A stretch of DNA of 63,953 bases, counting the filler. It is 4 parts of 4 records of this genome, joined end to end, with 100 filler letters (N's around TTAATTAATTAA, not from the genome) between each part and the next. Parts side by side here need not be neighbours in the genome. Positions count along the whole stretch, not along the records: positions 12,967 to 32,159 come from SRR31156797_7287; positions 32,260 to 48,262 come from SRR31156797_7290; 2 more parts are not named here. One strand, written 5' to 3'. Both the position numbers and the translations under genes were made by a program. Positions 27,643 through 37,103 of this stretch are shown in pieces. The notes under the pieces were generated by a model. That model did not search any database. It was given only the letters and a program-made list of their open reading frames with translations, and was not told the DNA's origin. Position 1 is the stretch's first letter. Every line of letters starts with the position of its first letter.

Positions 27643-29664
27643 ATGACTGATAAAGCATGTGATATCAAAGGTTCCAGAATAAGATTGCTGGATGAGTCCA
27701 CTATCAACAAAATAGCAGCAGGAGAGGTTATTGAACGCCCTGCTTCTGTGGTCAAGGAATTGATTGAGAATTCAATTGATGCCCATGCCACTGATGTTCG
27801 AGTGGAAATAGGGGGGTATGGCACGAAAAGCATGCTAATTGCTGACAATGGTGTTGGAATGAGTCATACTGATGCTTCCCTTGCATTCAAGAAGCATGCC
27901 ACCAGCAAGATAAGCACCATAGAGGACCTTGACAGCATACTTACAATGGGATTCAGGGGTGAGGCTCTGGCATCCATAGCCTCTGTGGCGAAAGTTGAAC
28001 TTGTCACCAGGCAGGAGGGCGAGTTGGAAGGTACGAAGGTAGTAGTTGACAGCAGTGGTATAAGGAATATCACTTCTGCAGGAACTGCCGTGGGAACCAG
28101 CATACTTGTTCAGGACCTGTTCTACACCACGCCTGCCAGAAAGAAGTATCTCAAGAGCGCAAGGACGGAGATTGCTCACATAGTCGATGTGGTTACCAGG
28201 AACTGCCTGGCCCATCCTGATGTCTCGTTCACTCTTATCATAGATGGAAAAGTAACATTGAGGTCACCTGCCTCTGTTAAGATGCTTGACAGCATCGTCC
28301 ATCTTTATGGCGCTGACGTTGCACGTTCCCTTGTTCCGCTGGAATATGAGTCAGAGCTCATCACGATTTCAGGCTATATCTCAAAACCCGAACTGACAAG
28401 GAGCGGAAAGGACCTGCAGGTATTCCTGATAAATGGAAGGCCGATCTTCTCAAAACAGCTAAGTAATGCTGTTAGGCTTGGTTATTATACTCTTCTTCCA
28501 AAAGGACGTTATCCGGCAGCCTTCCTGAATTTCGCTATCAATCCTATGAATGTTGATGTGAATGTTCATCCTGCTAAAAGGGAAGTTAGACTGAGTCACG
28601 AGAAAGAGATCAGTGTCATGATTGTATCAGCTGTAGAGAAAGCCCTTGCTGGAGATTCACTTGTCCCTGAAGTGCAGTTGGCGAAAAAAGATACTCCTGT
28701 CCAGTCGCAGTTGTATGTTCGTGAACCTGAAAGGTCCTCTTCAGATCAACCGAAATCTTACAAAGCAGCGGGGTCAGTAGACCTGCCAGAGCCAACAGAA
28801 GTTCCAGAGTCTGTAGGATCAGGTAGTGACGAGTCATCTGCGTCACATGAACCTATTTCCTCAACTTCATCTTCCTATGGTGACACGGATGTTATTAATT
28901 CTGAATCGCCTGCTCCCATCATAATTCCTGATAGGCCACCGAATGCGATATCAAGGAAGAATGTGATCAAAGAGGAAAAAGAACCTTATCATTATCCTGC
29001 AAAAGACACCCAACGTCGTCTGAAGAAAAGTGAACGACTTCAGATGAGTGTGACTTCAGATAATGTGGAGGAACTTGATGCAACTTTTAGTCCCTCGGAT
29101 GTGAATGTATATGGACAATACGGCGATCTTTATATAATATGCGAGATGGATGGCAAGCTTATACTGATCGACCAGCATGCTGCCCACGAGCGCATAATGT
29201 ATGAGCAGGTGCTCAGGATGAAAGACCTGGGGTGGCAGGAACTCATCACTCCTGTGACGCTGGACCTGAGCCAGAAAGAGATGGCTATCATTGAAGAGTT
29301 CATCCCGCAACTGGAGGAGATGGGATTTTCTGTTTCCGAGTTCGGTCCAAAAAGCTATGTTGTCACCACGGTTCCGAGCATCTTCGGAAAGCTTGAGGAT
29401 ACTGATGTTATCCATGATATCATCTCTGACCTGCTGTCCGTTGGAAGGGTGAAGGAAGATACTGAAAGGTATGATCTGCTTTGCAGTACCATGGCATGCA
29501 GGGCTGCTATAAAGGCAGGAGCGGTGTGTAATACTTCACAGATGCAGGAACTCATACGTCAGTTGATGGAATGCAAGAATCCGTACACCTGTCCACACGG
29601 TCGTCCCACTATGATTTCTTTCACAATGGATGAGCTGGCAAAGCTCTTTAAGAGGACCGGATAG
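27643..29664 (+). CDS. mutL: DNA mismatch repair endonuclease MutL
   Basis: IAAGEVIERPASVVKELIENSIDA, GFRGEALASI, DVNVHPAKREV, DQHAAHERIMYE, ACR, CPHGRP. Confidence 0.98.
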   Translation: MTDKACDIKGSRIRLLDESTINKIAAGEVIERPASVVKELIENSIDAHATDVRVEIGGYGTKSMLIADNGVGMSHTDASLAFKKHATSKISTIEDLDSILTMGFRGEALASIASVAKVELVTRQEGELEGTKVVVDSSGIRNITSAGTAVGTSILVQDLFYTTPARKKYLKSARTEIAHIVDVVTRNCLAHPDVSFTLIIDGKVTLRSPASVKMLDSIVHLYGADVARSLVPLEYESELITISGYISKPELTRSGKDLQVFLINGRPIFSKQLSNAVRLGYYTLLPKGRYPAAFLNFAINPMNVDVNVHPAKREVRLSHEKEISVMIVSAVEKALAGDSLVPEVQLAKKDTPVQSQLYVREPERSSSDQPKSYKAAGSVDLPEPTEVPESVGSGSDESSASHEPISSTSSSYGDTDVINSESPAPIIIPDRPPNAISRKNVIKEEKEPYHYPAKDTQRRLKKSERLQMSVTSDNVEELDATFSPSDVNVYGQYGDLYIICEMDGKLILIDQHAAHERIMYEQVLRMKDLGWQELITPVTLDLSQKEMAIIEEFIPQLEEMGFSVSEFGPKSYVVTTVPSIFGKLEDTDVIHDIISDLLSVGRVKEDTERYDLLCSTMACRAAIKAGAVCNTSQMQELIRQLMECKNPYTCPHGRPTMISFTMDELAKLFKRTG

Positions 29665-29705
29665 AGTCGGTAGATTTTAAAAGTATTAATTACAATTGAC
29701 CTGAG

Positions 29706-30716
29706 ATGATCGACCCGGTAAATAAATCCAAGATCCCAGAAGAATGGCTGGATCGCTCTAAAATGCCACGTGAAGAGCTTATGGAAGGTATAAAGAACGG
29801 AACTCTTGTAGTTCTGAGTGACGGTTCTGTACTAAAGAGAGGATACACTACCGGGACCACTGCGGCACTGGCTGCAAAGGCAGCGGTTCTTTCCATTGCA
29901 GACGAGGTGACGCATGTATCTGTGCCAACTCCTGTAGGGCTTCGTGCCGAATCGGATGTGAAAGGCAGTAAAGGACATGCTGTTGCAGTGAAGGTCAATA
30001 ACGATCACGAATCTGATATTACAAGAGGTCTCGAGTTTGTTGCAGATGCCAAGGAGACTGAAGGTATCACTATCTATGCAGGTGAGGGAATAGGTATCGT
30101 AACCCGCAGCGGCCTGGAGTCCAAGAAAGGCCACCCTGCTATCAATCCTGGACCAATGGGTCAGATCGAAGCATCCATTCAGGAAGCTGTGGATGAGCTT
30201 GGCCTGAGAGGTGCCGAGGTAACGATCTATCTTCCAAAGGGAAAAGAGATTGCAAAACAGACCCTGAACAGCCGTATCGGTATCATAGATGGTATTTCCA
30301 TTCTTGGCAGTACCGGATTTGTGGAGCCATGGAACGACCATCTGGGTGAGATGAAAGGCGATCTTATAAGACATTCCGACAAGGTGGTACTCACCACCGG
30401 CAGGGTAGGTATTCGTTATTCAACCATGCTTTTCCCTGATCATACTGTTGTTCTTGCAGGAAGTCGTATCTCCGAGGCTCTGGATTCAGCACATGGTGAT
30501 GTTGTAATCTGTGGACTTCCTGGTCTTGTACTAAAATGGGGTAATCCTGATATGTTGAAGGACAGCGGTTATGCAACTGTTGTTGAGATGCTGGATCTTG
30601 ACCCTGAGAACGACCGCCTGAAACAGGCATTCAACATGGCTGTGAAAAAGGGCAATGGTGCCCGTATCGTTGTTGTTGACAGGGACGGTACTGTCCTGAT
30701 GGATAGTGGGGAATAA
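29706..30716 (+). CDS. cbiD: Cobalt-precorrin-5B C1-methyltransferase
   Basis: [43 protein letters not shown]. Confidence 0.92.
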   Translation: MIDPVNKSKIPEEWLDRSKMPREELMEGIKNGTLVVLSDGSVLKRGYTTGTTAALAAKAAVLSIADEVTHVSVPTPVGLRAESDVKGSKGHAVAVKVNNDHESDITRGLEFVADAKETEGITIYAGEGIGIVTRSGLESKKGHPAINPGPMGQIEASIQEAVDELGLRGAEVTIYLPKGKEIAKQTLNSRIGIIDGISILGSTGFVEPWNDHLGEMKGDLIRHSDKVVLTTGRVGIRYSTMLFPDHTVVLAGSRISEALDSAHGDVVICGLPGLVLKWGNPDMLKDSGYATVVEMLDLDPENDRLKQAFNMAVKKGNGARIVVVDRDGTVLMDSGE

Positions 30717-30718
30717 CT

Positions 30719-31300
30719 GTGATCGTGGTGGGTGTTGGTGTAGGGCCTATGATGCTGACCCAGGAAGCTATAGAGGTCATAAGCAATGCTCCGGTTGTTT
30801 ATGGTTCAAAACGCTCCATTGAAATTGCTGAAGAGTTCATCAAATGTGAGGCTCACTTAATTAAGGATTACAAGAATCTCCATCTTTTACCAGAGGATGC
30901 GGTTATACTTTCAACGGGTGATCCTATGTTCTCCGGTCTTGGCAAGTTTGCCACGGAAAACGATAGGGTTGTTACGGGTGTTTCCTCAATACAGGCTGCT
31001 TGTGCACGTTTCCATGTGGATATGTCCACCCTGGCCATGATCACAGCTCATGGAAGGGATCCTGTGCCTGCAAAGGAAGCTTTCATCAGGGAAATTGGTC
31101 TGGGTAAAAATATCTTCCTTCTGCCGGCAGATAGTTTTGGTCCTAAGGAAGTTGCGGCAGTTCTCAGGGATATGAACGTTGATGCCCGTATCTGTATTTA
31201 TGAGGACATTGGTTATCCTCATGAGCGTGCGGTATGTGGAACAGTGGCGCAACCGCCCGAAAATCATTCCGGCATGTATTGCATCGTGATTGTGCTCTAA
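30719..31300 (+). CDS. cbiE: Cobalt-precorrin-7 C5-methyltransferase
   Basis: VVGVGVGP, STGDPMFSGLG, GVSSIQAA, TAHGR; follows cbiD. Confidence 0.82.
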   Translation: MIVVGVGVGPMMLTQEAIEVISNAPVVYGSKRSIEIAEEFIKCEAHLIKDYKNLHLLPEDAVILSTGDPMFSGLGKFATENDRVVTGVSSIQAACARFHVDMSTLAMITAHGRDPVPAKEAFIREIGLGKNIFLLPADSFGPKEVAAVLRDMNVDARICIYEDIGYPHERAVCGTVAQPPENHSGMYCIVIVL

Positions 31301-31597
31301 ATATAATTCAATTTAACTTTACTTTTTTATAATAGGGCAATTTATTTTGTTTATTCTGTGGGAGTAATTCTATTGAGGTATTAAAATCGTAATCAGTGAC
31401 ATTACTGTTGTCCTTTGCATATGGTTCTATGCTCAATAAAACATTGGCGTTATCTTTTTGAATAACGGTAGTAATCTATATGGTGAATCGTTATGTTTAT
31501 GTACCATAACATATTACATCCAATATCCAAAACAACTTAAGTTGATTATGGATGGTACTCTAATTTATTATCATTATAAAAATGGAAGGTGACAATA

Positions 31598-32159
31598 ATG
31601 CACGTATTCGAAGGTTTTCTCCCTTCACCCTGGTGGCAGGCATGGTTTGTAATATCCATTCCTGTAATATTGTATGGTATGTATAAACTGAACAAACTTG
31701 TTAGCGAAAGGCGCGAGGTTGTTCCTTTACTGGCAGTTGCCGGTGCTTTCATATTCGTTCTTTCATCATTGAAGCTTCCTTCTGTGACTGGAAGTTCTTC
31801 ACATCCAACAGGTACCGGAATGGCAGCAATTCTCTTCGGACCGGCAATTACAGCAGTTCTTGGTGTGATAGTACTTATCTATCAGGCAATTTTCCTGGCA
31901 CACGGAGGTATAACAACACTTGGTGCAAATGCAGCATCTATGGCAGTGATTGGTCCTCTTGTGGCTTATCTTTTCTATAAGGCAGCATCCAAAGCAGGAA
32001 TGAACTTCTATCTTAATGTCTTCCTTGCAACAGCACTTGCAGATTGGGTGACTTATGTAGTAACTTCCCTGCAACTAGCTCTGGCTTTCCCTTCGGCGAG
32101 CGGTGGTGTGCTGGCATCGTTCACAGCATTTGCAGGTATATTTGCAGCAACTCAGGTTC
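31598..32159 (+). CDS. cbiM: Cobalt ECF transporter S component CbiM, 3'-truncated
   Basis: N-terminus [47 protein letters not shown]. Confidence 0.93.
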
Positions 32160-32259
32160 NNNNNNNNNNNNNNNNNNNNNNNNNNNNNNNNNNNNNNNNN
32201 NNNTTAATTAATTAANNNNNNNNNNNNNNNNNNNNNNNNNNNNNNNNNNNNNNNNNNNN
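32160..32259. other. Artificial contig-joining spacer
   Basis: N44-TTAATTAATTAA-N44. Confidence 0.97.
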
Positions 32260-32394
32260 GTTGATGCAGCTCTGAATCCTGCATCTTGAAGTCACTTGGG
32301 TATAAATCCGGAGGCAAATATTGCCTCCAAGCAAACATAAACACACGGAAGTAAATAGGGTCGACAGACCACTGAGATAGCTAAGGAGTTTGCT

Positions 32395-33363
32395 ATGTCG
32401 AGCAATGTAATTTCACTGATACCGAGCCGAACACAGGTCGTTAGCCGCAGCAAAATGATGCTATGGCCATTACTGGGAATCTGCTTTTTCCTTTTGTTTT
32501 GGCATGTTGCGGCCAAACAAGTTGAAACGTCACTCGGTACTTTACCAGGACCGGTGCAAACTTTTACTCAATTCTCAAATCTTATTGATGAACACGTAAA
32601 TGAACGAGAAAAAGAAGACGCGTTTGTAGCAAGGCAAGAAAAACGTAATGCCGCGAAATTAGCGAAAAATCCAGACGCGGAAGTCAAAATTCGCCCATAT
32701 ACCGGTAAGCCAACGTTCTTTGACCAAATCGGTACCAGCCTAATTACCGTTGCAGCCGGTTTTATTCTGGCTTCAGTTATCGCTATACCACTGGGTATTG
32801 TGTTAGGCCTCAATCAAGGCATGTATCAGGCGTTTAACCCAATTATTCAACTTCTTAAGCCTGTATCTCCCCTCGCATGGCTACCGATTGTCACCATGGT
32901 CGTCAGTGCAACCTATGTCAGTGATGACCCTATGTTCGCCAAATCGTTTGTGAACTCTCTATTTACCGTTGCTCTTTGTAGTTTGTGGCCAACTCTGATT
33001 AACACTGCGGTAGGTGTAACTAGCGTGGACAAAGACTTATTGAACGTAAGTAAAGTGTTGCGCCTGTCATGGTGGTCACATATTCGCACTATCGTTTTAC
33101 CTTCTGCCATTCCTATGATTTTTACCGGTTTGCGTTTGTCTCTGGGGATCGCCTGGATGGTTCTGATTGCCGCTGAAATGTTGGCGCAAAATCCGGGACT
33201 GGGAAAATTTGTCTGGGATGAATTCCAAAATGGTAGTTCTGCTTCGTTAGGCAGAATTATGGTCGCGGTGTTTGCTATCGGCTTTATCGGACTGTTGCTT
33301 GACCGAGGTATGCTCAAGCTACAAAAACGCCTTTCATGGAACAAACAACAAGAGCTTCGCTAA
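32395..33363 (+). CDS. Nitrate/nitrite-type ABC transporter permease (NrtB/NasE-like)
   Basis: PVSPLAWLPI, WPTLINTA.G, GLRLSLGIAWMVLIAAEML; AAGGAG RBS. Confidence 0.9.
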   Translation: MSSNVISLIPSRTQVVSRSKMMLWPLLGICFFLLFWHVAAKQVETSLGTLPGPVQTFTQFSNLIDEHVNEREKEDAFVARQEKRNAAKLAKNPDAEVKIRPYTGKPTFFDQIGTSLITVAAGFILASVIAIPLGIVLGLNQGMYQAFNPIIQLLKPVSPLAWLPIVTMVVSATYVSDDPMFAKSFVNSLFTVALCSLWPTLINTAVGVTSVDKDLLNVSKVLRLSWWSHIRTIVLPSAIPMIFTGLRLSLGIAWMVLIAAEMLAQNPGLGKFVWDEFQNGSSASLGRIMVAVFAIGFIGLLLDRGMLKLQKRLSWNKQQELR

Positions 33364-33375
33364 GGGAGAAAACTC

Positions 33376-34203
33376 ATGTCAAAAGCATTTTTAGATCTAT
33401 CTCAACTCGGCATGCGTTTCCCAACGCCACAAGGTGAATTCGTGGCGTTGAAAAACGTGAATCTTCAGATTCAGAAAGGCGAGTTTATTTCACTGATTGG
33501 GCATTCTGGCTGTGGTAAATCGACGGTATTAAATCTAGTCGCAGGGCTTCACAACCCAACCGATGGTGGTGTGATTGTTGACGGACGTGAAGTAGACGGC
33601 CCTGGCCCAGAACGCGCGGTTGTGTTTCAAAACCACTCTTTGCTCCCTTGGTTAACCGTGTATCAAAACGTTGAACTAGCGGTAAAACAAATTGCGAAAG
33701 GAAAATCGAAAAGCTGGGTGAAAGAACAAGTAGACCACTATCTGAATTTGATTCAAATGGATCATGCAGCGGACAAAAAGCCGGATGAAATTTCAGGCGG
33801 TATGAAGCAGCGTGTCGGTATTGCCAGAGCGCTGGCTTTACAGCCCAAAGTTTTGTTGATGGATGAACCCTTTGGTGCGTTAGATGCATTAACTCGGGCT
33901 CGCTTACAGGACGCGTTGATGGAAATTCAGGCAGAGCTTAATAACACCGTCATTATGATCACACACGACGTGGATGAGGCGGTGCTGCTATCAGACAAAA
34001 TAGTGATGATGACCAACGGACCCGCTGCCACTGTCGGTGAAGTTTTGGAGATTGACTTACCGCGTCCACGCGACCGTGTCGTACTGGCAGATAATCCGAA
34101 GTATCAGAAATACCGTCAATCGGTATTGCGATTTTTGTATGAAAAACAAACGAAAACTGAGGCGGCGAAACCTGTTGCTGCTCCTATAGCAAAAACGGCT
34201 TAA
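33376..34203 (+). CDS. Nitrate/nitrite-type ABC transporter ATPase (NrtC/D, NasD-like)
   Basis: GHSGCGKST, ISGGMKQR, LLMDEPFGALD, ITHDVDEA. Confidence 0.92.
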   Translation: MSKAFLDLSQLGMRFPTPQGEFVALKNVNLQIQKGEFISLIGHSGCGKSTVLNLVAGLHNPTDGGVIVDGREVDGPGPERAVVFQNHSLLPWLTVYQNVELAVKQIAKGKSKSWVKEQVDHYLNLIQMDHAADKKPDEISGGMKQRVGIARALALQPKVLLMDEPFGALDALTRARLQDALMEIQAELNNTVIMITHDVDEAVLLSDKIVMMTNGPAATVGEVLEIDLPRPRDRVVLADNPKYQKYRQSVLRFLYEKQTKTEAAKPVAAPIAKTA

Positions 34204-34214
34204 GGAAGAATCTC

Positions 34215-36698
34215 ATGATGGAACATATCGTTATTGTCGGCAATGGAATGGTTGGACATCATTTAGTTGCTAAATTGGTTGAGCAGCAAGCTCATTTAGA
34301 AAAACGCATTACGGTTATCGGTGAAGAGCGCTTTATCGCCTATGACCGAGTACAGCTTTCCTCTCTATTCTCAGGCAAATCTCACGAAGACCTAATGCTC
34401 AGCAGTGAGGAGTGGTATCAGTTGCACGGCATTAATCTGATTTTGGGTAGTGAAGTGACCGCGCTTAACCGTAACCAGAAGAGCATCATTTTAGATGGTG
34501 AAGATGTTTTAGGTTATGACACGTTGGTATTGGCAACAGGATCGTACCCATTTGTACCGCCAGTGCCAGGACATGAACGAGATAATATTTTTGTCTACCG
34601 CACTTTGGATGATCTTTCATCTATCCGCACTGCCTGTGATAAGGCAAAAACTGGTGCTGTTATTGGTGGTGGCTTATTGGGTCTCGAAGCTGCGAATGCA
34701 TTGCGTCTATTAGGAGTGCAAACTCATGTTATTGAGTTTGCACCACGTCTAATGCCCGTGCAGTTGGATGATGGTGCTGGTGGTGTTTTAAAAGACAAAA
34801 TTGAACAACTGGGTCTAACGGTGCATACCTCAACGGCAACCGAAAAAATCATTGATGGTGAAACCGCTAAACACCGTATGGTGTTCAAAGATGCAGATCC
34901 TCTTGAAGTCGATGTCATTGTATTTTCTGCCGGTATTCGCCCACAAGACGCTTTGGCGCGCCAATCAGGATTAGAGATTGGTGAACGTGGCGGTATTGTG
35001 GTTAGCGATAGCTGTCAGACCAGTGACCCGAATATATACGCCATTGGTGAGTGTGCACTCTGGCAACAGCGTATTTTCGGTTTGGTTGCTCCGGGGTATG
35101 CAATGGCTCGTGCAGTCGCCGGGCAGATAATGGGCCAGAGTGGTGATTTCACAGGCGCTGACATGAGCACCAAATTAAAACTATTAGGTGTTGATGTGGC
35201 ATCGATTGGTGATGCTCAAATGCAAACGGAAGGCGCACAGGAATTGGTTCTTCAGGATACTTGCAGTGGAAGTTACAAAAAGCTGGTTGTGGACCAAAGC
35301 GGCACCCAGCTTTTAGGCGCTATCTTAGTCGGTGACAACTCAGACTATGATGCTCTACTGCAAGCGTATTTAAACAAAACGGTTCTGCCTGAACATCCAG
35401 CTTATCTTCTGTTTGATACGTCATCACTCAGTGGCGAAGTGTCTGACGATACTATGATCTGTTCTTGTCACAATGTCACTAAAGGTGCGTTGGTTGAAGC
35501 GATCCACGCCGGTGCTGTTGAATTGAATGAACTCAAGGCCGTTACTAAAGCCGGAACTGGCTGTGGCGGCTGTTCAACTATGGTGAAATCGGTTCTTGAT
35601 GCAGAGTTAGTGGCGATGGGAATGGAAGTGAACAATCATGTTTGTGAGCACTTTGAGCATTCTCGTCAGGAGCTTTTCCATGTTTGTCAGGTCGAGCAAA
35701 TTAAAGATTTTGATACCTTATTGGAAAAACACGGTCACGGTTTAGGTTGTGATTTGTGTAAGCCTACGGCTGCATCTATTTTCGCTTCATTGTGGAATGA
35801 ACACATTATGGAACCTCAGTTAAGCCGTCTGCAGGACACCAATGATGCTTTCATGGCAAACATGCAGAAAGATGGCTCTTACTCGATTGTTCCTCGCGTT
35901 CCGGGTGGTGAAATTACACCAGACAAGCTGATTGTGCTTGGCGAAGTGGCTAAGAAATACGATTTGTATACCAAGATTACCGGCGGTCAACGTGTCGATC
36001 TGTTTGGTGCTCAAATGGAGCAACTTCCTGAAATTTGGCGTGAACTGATTAATGCTGGTTTTGAAACTGGGCATGCTTACGGTAAATCACTTCGTACAGT
36101 CAAATCTTGCGTTGGTTCAACCTGGTGCCGATATGGTGTGGACGATTCGGTAGGTTTAGCGATTGAGCTAGAGAATCGTTACAAAGGGCTGCGTTCACCA
36201 CACAAACTTAAATTCGCAGTATCCGGTTGTACTCGTGAATGTGCCGAAGCACAAAGCAAAGATATCGGAGTCATCGCGACGGAAAACGGTTGGAACCTTT
36301 ACGTTTGTGGTAATGGTGGTATGCGTCCTCGTCATGCTGACCTTCTCGCCTCTGACCTTTCAAAAGAACAGTTAGTGGCTTTGATTGACCGTGTTCTTAT
36401 GTTCTACGTTCGCACTGCTGACAAGCTACAACGTACCTCGGTATGGCTTGAAAGCTTAGAGGGTGGATTGGATTACTTAAAACAGGTAGTGATTGAAGAC
36501 TCTTTGGAACTGTGTGACCAGCTTGAGCAGCAGATGTCTCACGTGGTCGACTCTTATCAGTGCGAATGGAAGAGCACTGTGGAATCCGAAGATAAACTTC
36601 GTAAATTCCGCCCATTTATCAACCATGAGCAGGGAAGTATGGCGCTCCCTTATAAACGTGTGCGCGAACAGCGTATCCCAGTCGTTCAGGAGCTTTAA
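34215..36698 (+). CDS. nirB: NAD(P)H nitrite reductase large subunit
   Basis: GNGMVG, GGGLLGLEAA, CSCHNV..GCGGC, VKSCVGSTWCRYG, SGCTRECAE. Confidence 0.96.
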   Translation: MMEHIVIVGNGMVGHHLVAKLVEQQAHLEKRITVIGEERFIAYDRVQLSSLFSGKSHEDLMLSSEEWYQLHGINLILGSEVTALNRNQKSIILDGEDVLGYDTLVLATGSYPFVPPVPGHERDNIFVYRTLDDLSSIRTACDKAKTGAVIGGGLLGLEAANALRLLGVQTHVIEFAPRLMPVQLDDGAGGVLKDKIEQLGLTVHTSTATEKIIDGETAKHRMVFKDADPLEVDVIVFSAGIRPQDALARQSGLEIGERGGIVVSDSCQTSDPNIYAIGECALWQQRIFGLVAPGYAMARAVAGQIMGQSGDFTGADMSTKLKLLGVDVASIGDAQMQTEGAQELVLQDTCSGSYKKLVVDQSGTQLLGAILVGDNSDYDALLQAYLNKTVLPEHPAYLLFDTSSLSGEVSDDTMICSCHNVTKGALVEAIHAGAVELNELKAVTKAGTGCGGCSTMVKSVLDAELVAMGMEVNNHVCEHFEHSRQELFHVCQVEQIKDFDTLLEKHGHGLGCDLCKPTAASIFASLWNEHIMEPQLSRLQDTNDAFMANMQKDGSYSIVPRVPGGEITPDKLIVLGEVAKKYDLYTKITGGQRVDLFGAQMEQLPEIWRELINAGFETGHAYGKSLRTVKSCVGSTWCRYGVDDSVGLAIELENRYKGLRSPHKLKFAVSGCTRECAEAQSKDIGVIATENGWNLYVCGNGGMRPRHADLLASDLSKEQLVALIDRVLMFYVRTADKLQRTSVWLESLEGGLDYLKQVVIEDSLELCDQLEQQMSHVVDSYQCEWKSTVESEDKLRKFRPFINHEQGSMALPYKRVREQRIPVVQEL

Positions 36699-36700
36699 TC

Positions 36701-37039
36701 ATGATGGAACGTATTTGTAAATTTGAACAATTGACGCCGTTGCAAGGTTGCGGAGCATTAATCGGAGACGAGCAAGTTGCACTGTTTCTGGTTCCTCATA
36801 CCGAACAGAAAGTGTTTGCGGTGCAAAACTGGGACCCAATTGGTCAGGCAAATGTCATTAGTCGCGGGATTGTGGGTGATGTGAAAGGGGAAATATGTGT
36901 CGCTTCCCCTCTCTATAAGCAGCACTTCAATCTTGAGACAGGACAGTGCGTCGAGAGGCCTGAAGTTCGGCTTAAAACCTGGGCTGTAGTGATTAAAGAT
37001 GGAGAAGTGTCGTTATTGACGTCAAGTGTTGCTGCTTGA
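36701..37039 (+). CDS. nirD: Nitrite reductase small subunit
   Basis: EQVALF, NWDP, SRGIVGD, VASPLYKQHF.L.TGQC. Confidence 0.95.
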   Translation: MMERICKFEQLTPLQGCGALIGDEQVALFLVPHTEQKVFAVQNWDPIGQANVISRGIVGDVKGEICVASPLYKQHFNLETGQCVERPEVRLKTWAVVIKDGEVSLLTSSVAA

Positions 37040-37061
37040 GTTAGGGTGTTCCAGAAAGTGT

Positions 37062-37094
37062 AAAGTGCGCACTACAAACGATAGTGCGCACTTT
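37062..37094. terminator. Bidirectional intrinsic terminator between convergent nirD and RND genes
   Basis: AAAGTGCGCACTA-N7-TAGTGCGCACTTT with A/T tails. Confidence 0.8.
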
Positions 37095-37103
37095 TATTTG
37101 TTG

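Noticed and set aside
28700-29000. Ser/Pro/acidic low-complexity stretch in MutL as a possible intein or insertion
   Set aside because: Sits at the normal variable linker position; no intein terminal motifs
31598-33363. Apparent archaeal-bacterial gene juxtaposition (HGT)
   Set aside because: Separated by an artificial spacer; different contigs
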